The notes under the pieces are model-generated. The model saw only the letters and a list, made by a program, of their open reading frames with translations, ran no database searches and had not been told where the DNA came from. From Ignavibacteriota bacterium (GTDB lineage Bacteria; Bacteroidota; Ignavibacteria; Kapaibacteriales; UBA2268), in assembly GCA_016219595.1 (NCBI GenBank), contig JACRLY010000069.1:158-64157 (forward strand): 64,000 nt of DNA. The letters run 5' to 3'. The position numbers and the translations under genes were made by a program. Of this stretch, positions 28,195 through 37,344 are shown in pieces. Position 1 is the first letter of the stretch. The number at the start of each line of letters is the position of its first letter.

Positions 28195-30129
28195 TTATTT
28201 ACTCATATTACTAACTTGAAAAACCTGGGATTTTTTTCTTACACCATGACAATTAGAACATAACTGTTCGCTGATTAATTTTTCTTCACCTCCCGGATGG
28301 AAAAATTTCAACCCTGTGGCAGATTCCTGCATAGGCTGTCCCGGAGGCTGTTGTGTAGCGATTACATGGCATGCATTGCAGTCATTAGTAATTACTTTCC
28401 CATCATCAGATACATGTTTGCCGTCATGGCACCTGAAGCATCCTGGACTATACATGTGTCCTATATTATTTGGATTACTTTTCCAGCTTGACTTCATGTT
28501 AGGAAAGTAATTTCTCATATATATTTTATGTAAATAATCTACAAGTTTTTTTAACTGTTGTTTCTTGGCAACTGCGACATCGGGATAATTGCTATTATAA
28601 AAATTCCAGATAAATTTACTTATATCTTCTTTCGCAGTTTCCCTGCTTCTTGTATATGTTTCAAGAACCTGAACTCCTACGTTTTTCAAATAGGGAATTG
28701 TCCTGTCAATCTGATTATTTGATAAATAGGCATTAATCATTCTGTTCGGTTGATAAAACACATGAGAAGGTCTATTGTGGCAGTCAATGCAATCCATTAC
28801 CCTTAGGTTTTCAGCTTTCAATTGGTTACCGGTAACTTTAAAACTTGTATCCCTGTAAATAGTTTCTTTACCGGTAGTTCTGGATTTTACCTTTACCCAC
28901 GGCTTTGAATATTTTTTAAATAAAACAGAATATACCTGGTAAGAACCGGAAAGTTTCGACCTGACAAACCAACCGGCACCCGGACCAATATGGCACTTTA
29001 CACATCCAACTCTCGAGTGAGGAGAGTCCTGGTAGGCGGTATATTCCGGCTGCATAACAGTATGACAAACCTTTCCGCAAAAATCATCTGAGTCTGTATA
29101 TTCGTATGCTTTGAATGCACCATAAATTGAAAATACAGTCAACAAGATTGTTCCTGCTGAAAATACAAAAACAGCAACCTGGTGCTTCGGGTTATTCAAA
29201 TCGATAACAGGTAATTTTCTTTGCTTAAGTTCAAGAGATAATATTCTCCTGTTTTCACGAATTGCACCCAATGCAATTAAAAGTAATCCTATTATTAAGA
29301 AAGTCGGCAAAACTACATAAGTAATAATACCAAGATACGGATTCTGAAATTCGCTGAAGAATTCTACAACTATAAAAAATAAAATAATTACAGAACTTAG
29401 TACAGATAATAACGAACCGGTAAGAGTAACAGGATTATAGAATATAATCGGGAATAATTTGCTTTTATCAATACCAGGTTTTATTCCCGGCTCGATTTCC
29501 GGTTTTTGGTCTTCCGGGTGAACTAAATGCCAGCCTGTTATCATGGATTTAAATAATTCACCGATAGTATTTCCTGTTGTTCCTAAATAAATATGAGCAA
29601 AAATGAAAAGGCGTAATACGAAACCGGTTACAGCATGTGCTAAAGCCATTGGCCACACTCCACCCATCCCGAAAAATTCATTGGGGGCTAATTCCGGAAA
29701 CATTAAAAGCCACCCCGTAACAACAATAAGCGGCATAAAAAGATACATAATAACAATATATGCTATTTGCTGCATGGGGTTGAATTTCCTTTTTTCATTA
29801 ACTGAAAAAGGATGCGATTCACCAATTAAAATACCGATTATATAATATTTAGTCTGTGTTAATACCCTGCTCCAGAACCCCTTGATTTCAGGTAAATAGA
29901 ATTTGTAATTTCCACCTGCAAAATTAAGAATGAAAAATAACAGGTAATTTAATGTCAGGAGTATACCTGCTACATTATGGGTAATAATCGATAAACCAAA
30001 GGGAATAAAAAAAGACTTCGGGTCTGCATAATGGAGGCTTAATCCAGAAACAATCAATACAAAGAAAAGTAAAGCATTAAACCAATGCCAAAATCTCAGC
30101 CAAAAAGGGTATAAATATATTTTTTTCAT
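28195..30129 (-). CDS. Cytochrome b561/HydC-like membrane domain fused to a NapC/NirT-like multiheme c domain
   Basis: N-terminal FWLRFWHWFNALLFFVLIVSGLSLHY and AHIYLG are cyt b motifs. Further TMs follow, then CVKCH, CIDCH, CFRCH, CNACH and CSNCH plus an apparent CX3CH (CGKVCH). Confidence 0.75.
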   Translation of the reverse strand: MKKIYLYPFWLRFWHWFNALLFFVLIVSGLSLHYADPKSFFIPFGLSIITHNVAGILLTLNYLLFFILNFAGGNYKFYLPEIKGFWSRVLTQTKYYIIGILIGESHPFSVNEKRKFNPMQQIAYIVIMYLFMPLIVVTGWLLMFPELAPNEFFGMGGVWPMALAHAVTGFVLRLFIFAHIYLGTTGNTIGELFKSMITGWHLVHPEDQKPEIEPGIKPGIDKSKLFPIIFYNPVTLTGSLLSVLSSVIILFFIVVEFFSEFQNPYLGIITYVVLPTFLIIGLLLIALGAIRENRRILSLELKQRKLPVIDLNNPKHQVAVFVFSAGTILLTVFSIYGAFKAYEYTDSDDFCGKVCHTVMQPEYTAYQDSPHSRVGCVKCHIGPGAGWFVRSKLSGSYQVYSVLFKKYSKPWVKVKSRTTGKETIYRDTSFKVTGNQLKAENLRVMDCIDCHNRPSHVFYQPNRMINAYLSNNQIDRTIPYLKNVGVQVLETYTRSRETAKEDISKFIWNFYNSNYPDVAVAKKQQLKKLVDYLHKIYMRNYFPNMKSSWKSNPNNIGHMYSPGCFRCHDGKHVSDDGKVITNDCNACHVIATQQPPGQPMQESATGLKFFHPGGEEKLISEQLCSNCHGVRKKSQVFQVSNMSK

Positions 30130-30170
30130 TATTTTTCCTAATCAAATCCTACTTAAATTCAAATCATATT

Positions 30171-31652
30171 TTAACTATCTTTAAACATTTTGTCTTGATT
30201 GATAACAGGTCTTTTTCTGAAATACCATCTCAATAAGCCATGAATACCAATACCTAATATTGTTAAGCCGAAAACACTGACACTAAAAACATCGAGCATA
30301 ACATTTCTTGTAGTGCCGATTACATAGGCATTGCTTAAAATCGTACCATTTATAAAACCGAATTTCTCGCGGGATTTGATTTTTTCATGCTTGTACAATT
30401 TTGACATTAAAATCGAATTCTGGTTATGGCATTCTTCACATTTTTTCACAGTTTTATCTGGTGGTAAAATGTTATGAGAAAGATTCGGTGGGTCATACGA
30501 TGAATGACAGTCAACACATCTTACGGTTTCCCAATGCGTACTTTGATTAGGAAGCCAATCATGAGCTTTCGCTACTGTACTTATGCCGTATTTATTCATC
30601 ATCTTTTCATCTGCATGGCAAACTATGCAGTAAACCATCTTGTTCCTTACAATTGTAGTATGTTTTATATGCGTATTTTCAAATACACGTGGAGGAACAT
30701 CGGGTAAAGGTTTGATATTGTGTTCCCCATGGCAATAGGTGCATCCGGGAGCATCCTTAATACCTTTTTTCAAAGCAACTCCATGAGTGCTGCTCGAATA
30801 TTCCTGGTTAATTGAAATATGGCATTTACCGCAAACCTGCGGTATATGGAACTGGTTAATTGTCGAATTAGGATTATTAGCCTTCTGTAAATTATGTGCA
30901 CTGTGACAATCTACGCAAACTGCTGCATTTTTATTCCCCCTTGCAATTGCTGCACCATGTACACTTGAGCCATAATTAACAAGAGCTTTGGCAAATTTGC
31001 TTTGATTATTAGGATTATTCAAATGGCAGGACAGGCATAACTGTTCCTGGTTATATTTTAATTTAGCCAAATTTGATTCACTTGTTTTTGTTATTGGTTT
31101 AGAATGGCAATATATACAAGTCGGTGCATTGGGATTACTTTTATTTAATTCTACAAAATGCTGAGACTGCAGGTGTGCAGCTTTTTCATTCTTGTGGCAT
31201 GTCCCACAGAAATATGTAGAGTTTGTAAAATGTGTTTTTGAAAATGCAGATTTATATGATGAAACTTCATGATTCCCATGACATCCTTTACAGTTATAAT
31301 ATGCCTGATTCGACCCGGGTTTTGGTTTATCCATGCCATGATGAAATATATGTTTCGAGGGAGCATCACTATGGCAACTCATACAATTGACCTGAGTCAT
31401 AGGCTCTTTATGCGGAACAACTTCAGGGTCAAAACCGACATGACAATTAACACATTCGAGTTTCCCGTGAACAGATTTTGCAATAAGAAATTTCTTTACT
31501 GTAAGTGAAACGGTTTTGCCATGTCTTTCAGTTGAAATATCAGGGTCGGAATGACATTCGAGACAAGCTTCACTTTTTTGTGCTTTAGAAACATTTATCA
31601 GCATTAATGCAGATGCTGATATTGTAATTATAGTTTTAATCGTCTTATTCAT
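30171..31652 (-). CDS. 13-heme periplasmic c-type cytochrome with C-terminal TM anchor
   Basis: A signal peptide is followed by 13 CxxCH motifs and a C-terminal helix (VFSVSVFGLTILGIGIHGLL). Confidence 0.8.
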   Translation of the reverse strand: MNKTIKTIITISASALMLINVSKAQKSEACLECHSDPDISTERHGKTVSLTVKKFLIAKSVHGKLECVNCHVGFDPEVVPHKEPMTQVNCMSCHSDAPSKHIFHHGMDKPKPGSNQAYYNCKGCHGNHEVSSYKSAFSKTHFTNSTYFCGTCHKNEKAAHLQSQHFVELNKSNPNAPTCIYCHSKPITKTSESNLAKLKYNQEQLCLSCHLNNPNNQSKFAKALVNYGSSVHGAAIARGNKNAAVCVDCHSAHNLQKANNPNSTINQFHIPQVCGKCHISINQEYSSSTHGVALKKGIKDAPGCTYCHGEHNIKPLPDVPPRVFENTHIKHTTIVRNKMVYCIVCHADEKMMNKYGISTVAKAHDWLPNQSTHWETVRCVDCHSSYDPPNLSHNILPPDKTVKKCEECHNQNSILMSKLYKHEKIKSREKFGFINGTILSNAYVIGTTRNVMLDVFSVSVFGLTILGIGIHGLLRWYFRKRPVINQDKMFKDS

Positions 31653-31958
31653 TTATGCCTTAATTTTAATATATTTTAAACATATCAAATATAATCTAAA
31701 TATTTATATTTGTAATTAAATTTGATTTTAAAAAGTATTTAAACTTAAAATTTCATTTTAAAATTAAATAAAATTAATATTTATATAAATCTTACAAAAT
31801 TAAGAATTATTTATCTCATATTAAAATATATCTATTTATAAATTATTTATTTTCAATGAGTTGTGTTAGCCAAAATTTAAATAAAAATTAATGAAGACTA
31901 AATTCTCTTTGAATTCAATAGCTTCTGATTTGAAAGATTAATTCTTAATAGGTGAATT

Positions 31959-33380
31959 ATGTATTGTAAATTAACAGCCAGATTATCCTTATTTGTTATA
32001 ATCTTTATAATTGAATTTTCGCTTGTTTTTTCAGAAGCTAAATTAGAAGAATTATATCCAGGTTTTAATTATGCTGAATGGTTTAAAAATGAAACAGGAT
32101 ATACTCCCAATAATCAGTGGTTTGGAGCATGGGTAATTGCTCCGAGAAATGATGAACTATACATAGGTTTCGCTACTGCACGGCCAGCAGAATATGATGG
32201 CACTCTTTTAGCCAGATGGGTAGGAGAGTGGTTGTTGCCTGTCGGACAATTCAGTGAACAGGGGATACACTGTATAAAATGGATTGAAGATACACTTTAT
32301 GGCATTGGTAGCGACCCATCTATCACTGATGGTTGGGATGGTGGAAATTTTTACAGGTATTATCCCAAGTTAGGTATATTTGAAAAAATAAGATATAACA
32401 CACTTAAAAAACCGGTTTTGCCTAATGTACTTCATTCATGGGGATTTTATTATGATTCTACAAAAAAGAAGTTTTACATGTCAACAGGTTCTTATTATCC
32501 TTCACAATATACTAAAAATGGAAACGATTGCGGAAGCCAGTTCGATTCGACTTTAGCTTGTTTTGGCGAAGTGTGGCAATCCTATGATTATGGCAGCAAT
32601 TGGAATCTTAATTCAGGAGGTAAGGATAACAATATAAGTTCAAACCGTGTGTATGATATTATTAAATTTAATTCCGTTTTATTTATAACTGAAGCTGAAT
32701 TAAATAATACATATTACCTGAAAAAAAGCAGTGATGAAGGAGTAAGCTGGGATGTTATTGAAAGTTTGAATCCTTCACCTCTGTTCAGAATGTGTGTATT
32801 TAATAATAAGCTTGTAATAGCAGCTAATATAGCCCGAACAATATATGTAATCGATGAAAACAATAATATTAAAACCCTGACTATGCCGGGTGCTTTGAAT
32901 TACTCTTTTAATGTTTTTGCTAATGTGGATGATAAATATTTCATCACTTATTTTTCAGACGGCTCTGTATTTTCGACTTATGACCTGGAGAAATGGACTG
33001 AATTAATCCCTTCAACAGGAAGAAATTTTGTATCAATTGCATATTGGGATTATGAAAAATCAATAGTACTTTCTGAGAGAGGAGATACAGGCTCGATATG
33101 GAAATATGATTTAACCGATTTATTAAATACCGGTGTTAATAAAAATTCCGAAACTGATATTAATTATAATATCACGAATAATTCTATTTCCATTAATTTA
33201 AATAATGATAAAATAAAGAATATTGAGATTACCGATATTTTAGGGAACTCAATAATAATCCGTAATGGGATAAATTCTAAAAATTGTAATATCGATATTT
33301 CAGAATTAAATTCAGGAATATACTTCGTTATAATAAGATGCGGGAAAAATTATTTTGTTAAGAAATTATTAAAATGCTGA
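31959..33380 (+). CDS. Secreted beta-propeller/sialidase-like protein with T9SS C-terminal sorting domain
   Basis: An N-terminal signal is present. The C-terminal ~80 aa (ITDILGNSIIIRNG...LNSGIYFVIIRCGKNYFVKKLLKC) matches the T9SS CTD pattern. Confidence 0.6.
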   Translation: MYCKLTARLSLFVIIFIIEFSLVFSEAKLEELYPGFNYAEWFKNETGYTPNNQWFGAWVIAPRNDELYIGFATARPAEYDGTLLARWVGEWLLPVGQFSEQGIHCIKWIEDTLYGIGSDPSITDGWDGGNFYRYYPKLGIFEKIRYNTLKKPVLPNVLHSWGFYYDSTKKKFYMSTGSYYPSQYTKNGNDCGSQFDSTLACFGEVWQSYDYGSNWNLNSGGKDNNISSNRVYDIIKFNSVLFITEAELNNTYYLKKSSDEGVSWDVIESLNPSPLFRMCVFNNKLVIAANIARTIYVIDENNNIKTLTMPGALNYSFNVFANVDDKYFITYFSDGSVFSTYDLEKWTELIPSTGRNFVSIAYWDYEKSIVLSERGDTGSIWKYDLTDLLNTGVNKNSETDINYNITNNSISINLNNDKIKNIEITDILGNSIIIRNGINSKNCNIDISELNSGIYFVIIRCGKNYFVKKLLKC

Positions 33381-33404
33381 AAAATTTTAACATTAATATA
33401 ATCG

Positions 33405-33974
33405 TTAAATAAATCCAAGTTTTTCACCTTTTTTAAGTAATTGTATTGCCTTGGTAAGTCTTTTCAAACGAGTTTCTTCTCTTTTAGCATCAGTAATCCA
33501 TCTTATAAAATTTCTTTTGTGCGATACAGCAAGATTTTTAAAATTATCGTATGCCGGGGGATTATTCTTTAAAAATTTGATTATATATGATGGAATATCT
33601 TTTTCTTGAACGCTAATGGAACTTGAAGGAATAATTTTATTATCAGGCTTAAATTTTTCCATACCTGCATCAGTCATTTTACCCTCTTTAATTAATTTAT
33701 TTACTCTCATTATATTTAATTCAGACCAACCGCTCCTGTGATTTCTCGGAGAAAATTTTTGGCAGTATTTTTCATCATCAATTCGCTTTAATGTGCTGTC
33801 AATCCAACCGAAACATAAAGCCTCTTCGACTGCATCATTGTAAGATACTCTCGGCTTTCCGGTGTGCTTCTTATAAAAAATCAACCAGATTTCTTTTTGT
33901 TTGTCGTAATTCTTTTCGAGCCACTTTCTCCATTCTTTGCGGTTTTTCGCATATTTGGTCTTAGTGATTTCCAT
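33405..33974 (-). CDS. YdeI/OmpD-associated family protein
   Basis: WRKWLEKNYDKQKEIWLIFYKKHTGKPRVSYNDAVEEALCFGWIDS is typical of the family. The start was chosen at the Met of MEITKTKY. Confidence 0.65.
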   Translation of the reverse strand: MEITKTKYAKNRKEWRKWLEKNYDKQKEIWLIFYKKHTGKPRVSYNDAVEEALCFGWIDSTLKRIDDEKYCQKFSPRNHRSGWSELNIMRVNKLIKEGKMTDAGMEKFKPDNKIIPSSSISVQEKDIPSYIIKFLKNNPPAYDNFKNLAVSHKRNFIRWITDAKREETRLKRLTKAIQLLKKGEKLGFI

Positions 33975-33984
33975 ATATATTAAA

Positions 33985-34760
33985 TCAAATTTTGAAACAA
34001 TCAATTGTAGAAAAGGGGATAGTTAATGATAATTCACCATCTTCTTCTGCAATCTTATTTAATTGAACTTCAATCTCATAAAATATTTCGTTTGCTCTAT
34101 TATCAGGTAAAATTTTAATCCAGCTTTCAATGAATCCATTCTGAATCAGGAAATGGTATACCATTGCAGTTCCATTCAAAAATCTAAGTTTGAATGAGTC
34201 AGTTATTATATTATTTATAAAAAATCCGGTCTGATTAAGCCATTTCTCAATTTCAAATATAGGTTTTCTTTTTTCATAAATATGTTCTTTCATTTTTTGA
34301 ATTTCAAAATCCATTCCTTTTTGTTTAAAAATTTCATTAAAAATCGAGTAAAATTCATACATTGAACCATCGAGATTTTGAAACTTTTAACAATATCCTG
34401 AACATTATTTATTCCGTTATTCGAAACGACTAAATCGAAGAAATCATTCTCGAAATGTAATTCTTCAGCCACTCCATCAATAATATCTATATTATTCAAA
34501 CCAAGTAATCTGATTTTCTCATTAGCTCTTTCTCGTGCTTCCTTCCATGGCTCAACTCCGAAGACCTTACCGCTATTCCCCAGTCTCATAGCAATTTCAA
34601 TCGCAGGGAAACCAAGTCCAGAGCCAATATCCAGCACATTCATTTCCGGTTTCATTTTTATTACATCAAGTAGTTTCAATCCGAATGGCGCTGACCAAAG
34701 AGGCAGTTCATCGACAGTACTGATATTCGAATTAATATTATAATTTTTGAAATATTTCAT
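33985..34760 (-). pseudogene. Class I SAM-dependent methyltransferase interrupted by a frameshift (~34375-34392)
   Basis: The N-terminal ORF has motif I VLDIGSGLGFPAIE. The frame shifts within the runs gttaaaagtttcaaaatc, and the downstream ORF (33985-34362) continues the protein. Confidence 0.6.
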
Positions 34761-34832
34761 AAAAAAAGCTTTGGTTACTATAATTTTACAAATATAACCA
34801 AAGCTGTAAAACCAATATTAATCTTACTATTT

Positions 34833-36797
34833 TTATTTCAATTTAAAATTTATTGGCAAAGTTACCCACATATCAATATTTTTTCCTTTGTTCATCGCAG
34901 GAGTGAACTTAACAGTTTTCACAGCATTTATAGCTGCTTCATTAAAAATTTTGTTGTCAGTTTTCTCAACGATAATATTTCCAACTACTCCTGTTTTCTT
35001 AAATAATACTCTAAGTATTACAGTTCCTTCCTTTCCTGTCTTACGAGCTTCTTCGGGATATTTAATAGCTTTGGCTAATGCTCCCATATCAACCATTGGT
35101 TCTTTCTCGACAGAAACAAAATTAAAGGATGAAGGTCCATTATTTTTTAATGATTCAGTTTTGTTCTCAGATTTATCATTACTTAACTTAAAAGCAATGG
35201 GTAGCTTTACTTCCTGTGATTTTGGTGTTTCTGATTTACACACCAACTTTGGCATTAATTTAATTACTCTGATTGCTTCTTCATCACATCCTGAGCCTAC
35301 GCTTTTGTCAATTTTAACATCAGAGATTGAACCGTCCGATTTAATTTTGAAAACCACAATAACAGTTCCCTGAACTCCATTTTTTCTTGCTGTCTCAGGA
35401 TAATTTATATTTTTTGCTATAAAACCAGCCATTGCATCGTATCCGCCTGGAAATTTAAATTTAATACCTTTACTTTCATTATCCGTTTCAGTTTTTGTTT
35501 CCATCCAATTATCCTTATCTCTTTCGGTTTCATTCCATTTCTTTTCCATTTCCTTTGTACCGAAGAACAGAATTAATGATTGTGTTAACTTAACAGGTTT
35601 ACCCTCAGAAATTGCAGGTTTCCATTTCGGCATTTCTTTGACAACTCTTATTGCTTCTTCATCACACCCATAGCCGAGTTCACCTTTCTTCCACTCGCCG
35701 CCAAATTCTTTCGATTGAGCCACTCTTACATTTTCAATTGAGCCGTCAGTGTCAACTTCAAACCTAACAGCAAGTTTACCGCATTTGTTATTATCAATTA
35801 ATTCCTTTGGGATATTTATTCTACTGTTAATATATTTCCACATACCATCCCAGCCGGTTTGAAAAACTGCATGAGAATCGATTTTATCTTCAGGTATCCT
35901 GATTACATCTCCAAGGGGATTCGAATTTTCCATTTGAGAACACGAGAATGACAAGAATAATATCATGGAAACAGGTAAAATCAAAAATAATTTAATAAGT
36001 GCTATTCTCTTGGTTTTATTTTTGGCTATCATTTTGATTCTCCTTTTTATAAGTGAATAATTAAAATTATTAGCAGTTTGAAAGACCTCACTTCCTGCAA
36101 TCTTATTTAGAATCAATTTCTGATAATCTAGTACATCGTGGCCGAGCTTCATTACACCTTCATCTGCCTGGTATTCATGAATCTCCTGCAATGATTTCTT
36201 GTAAAACCAGACGAAAGGATTAAACCACTGAAATACGGTTATTATTTCTGACAAAATTATATCATAAGAATGATGCTTATCAATGTGAACTTTCTCGTGT
36301 GCCAATATCAATTCAGTTTCTCTATTATATGTGAAAGAACTTCCGAGAAAAATTATATTAAAAAATGAAAATGGCGAATATTTATCATCTGTAAAAACTA
36401 TTTTATATCCATCTGTTCTATTAATACCATGTTTCCTGATTAATTTTATGAGTTGGAACATTCTGAGAATGAATCGTGCGAGAAAAATTATTACTCCAGT
36501 AAGATAGATTACTAAAATAATTTCTGAAACACCAATGCTTGTTCGAACAGTATTCTCAACTTCGTTTGCCTCGACAGTAACTGCATTGAAAATTGCAGTA
36601 GGTACAACATCAACATTATCAACAGCGATATTTGAAAAATTAAATAGAGGTATGATAGCAGACACAATCATTGAACATAATATATAAGTCCTGCTAATAA
36701 CAAAAAAAGTATCCATTCTGAACATAATTAGGAACATTAAATAGAATACTGAAAGGCAAATTCCGGATTCGAGTAAATAGATGAAAAAGTTATTCAT
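34833..36797 (-). CDS. BlaR1/MecR1-type M56 peptidase sensor fused to TonB C-terminal-like domains
   Basis: N-terminal TMs are followed by HEKVH (HExxH) and the downstream EIHEYQADE. Three repeats of TonB-C-like domains follow (GTVIVVFKIKSDGSISDVKI..., CDEEAIRV...). Confidence 0.75.
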   Translation of the reverse strand: MNNFFIYLLESGICLSVFYLMFLIMFRMDTFFVISRTYILCSMIVSAIIPLFNFSNIAVDNVDVVPTAIFNAVTVEANEVENTVRTSIGVSEIILVIYLTGVIIFLARFILRMFQLIKLIRKHGINRTDGYKIVFTDDKYSPFSFFNIIFLGSSFTYNRETELILAHEKVHIDKHHSYDIILSEIITVFQWFNPFVWFYKKSLQEIHEYQADEGVMKLGHDVLDYQKLILNKIAGSEVFQTANNFNYSLIKRRIKMIAKNKTKRIALIKLFLILPVSMILFLSFSCSQMENSNPLGDVIRIPEDKIDSHAVFQTGWDGMWKYINSRINIPKELIDNNKCGKLAVRFEVDTDGSIENVRVAQSKEFGGEWKKGELGYGCDEEAIRVVKEMPKWKPAISEGKPVKLTQSLILFFGTKEMEKKWNETERDKDNWMETKTETDNESKGIKFKFPGGYDAMAGFIAKNINYPETARKNGVQGTVIVVFKIKSDGSISDVKIDKSVGSGCDEEAIRVIKLMPKLVCKSETPKSQEVKLPIAFKLSNDKSENKTESLKNNGPSSFNFVSVEKEPMVDMGALAKAIKYPEEARKTGKEGTVILRVLFKKTGVVGNIIVEKTDNKIFNEAAINAVKTVKFTPAMNKGKNIDMWVTLPINFKLK

Positions 36798-37177
36798 TTT
36801 CTATTCTCCTTCCTTGTTTTAATTTGTATGTCAATAAGTTTTTTTATTTCTTCAAGGTCATTAAGATTAATGTTATTCTCTTTAGCAAAGAAAGAAACCA
36901 TCTGTTGATAAGAATTCTCAAAATAGTTTTTTACAAAACCTTTTAAAAATCCTTTAGTATATTCTTTTTTTGAAACAACAGGGAAATACCTGTGTGTATT
37001 ACCGAATGCCTCATGGTCAACAAATCCTTTTTTCTCGAGTATTCTTGTTATAGTTGAAACAGTATTATAAGCAGGTTTTGGTTCAGGCAATTCCCTTATA
37101 AAATCTTTGATGAACCCTTTTTTCAGTTTCCATAAAACCTGCATTATCTGCTCTTCTGCTTTTGTCAATTCTTTCAT
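36794..37177 (-). CDS. BlaI/MecI/CopY family transcriptional repressor
   Basis: LTKAEEQIMQVLWKL...YNTVSTITRILEKKGFV is a winged-helix penicillinase-repressor pattern. The gene overlaps the blaR1-like start. Confidence 0.8.
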   Translation of the reverse strand: MKELTKAEEQIMQVLWKLKKGFIKDFIRELPEPKPAYNTVSTITRILEKKGFVDHEAFGNTHRYFPVVSKKEYTKGFLKGFVKNYFENSYQQMVSFFAKENNINLNDLEEIKKLIDIQIKTRKENRK

Positions 37178-37219
37178 ACATCACTCCTTTTTCTATATAT
37201 AAGACACATCAACTATAAA

Positions 37220-37281
37220 TTTAGTTACAATATATAACTAAAATATTATTAATGCAACTAATAAATTAGTTAATTAACTAA
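37220..37281. promoter_or_regulatory. Array of TTAGTT/AACTAA palindromes (candidate BlaI-family operators)
   Basis: Three palindromes are present: tttagtta-caatata-taactaaa (37220-37242), aactaat-aa-attagtt (37256-37271) and ttagttaattaactaa (37266-37281). They lie 43-104 nt upstream of the repressor start. Confidence 0.5.
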
Positions 37282-37344
37282 TATTACATTGAAAAATATA
37301 TGTATCTTATAGTTAAATAAGGAGATATGACTTGTATCTTTTAA

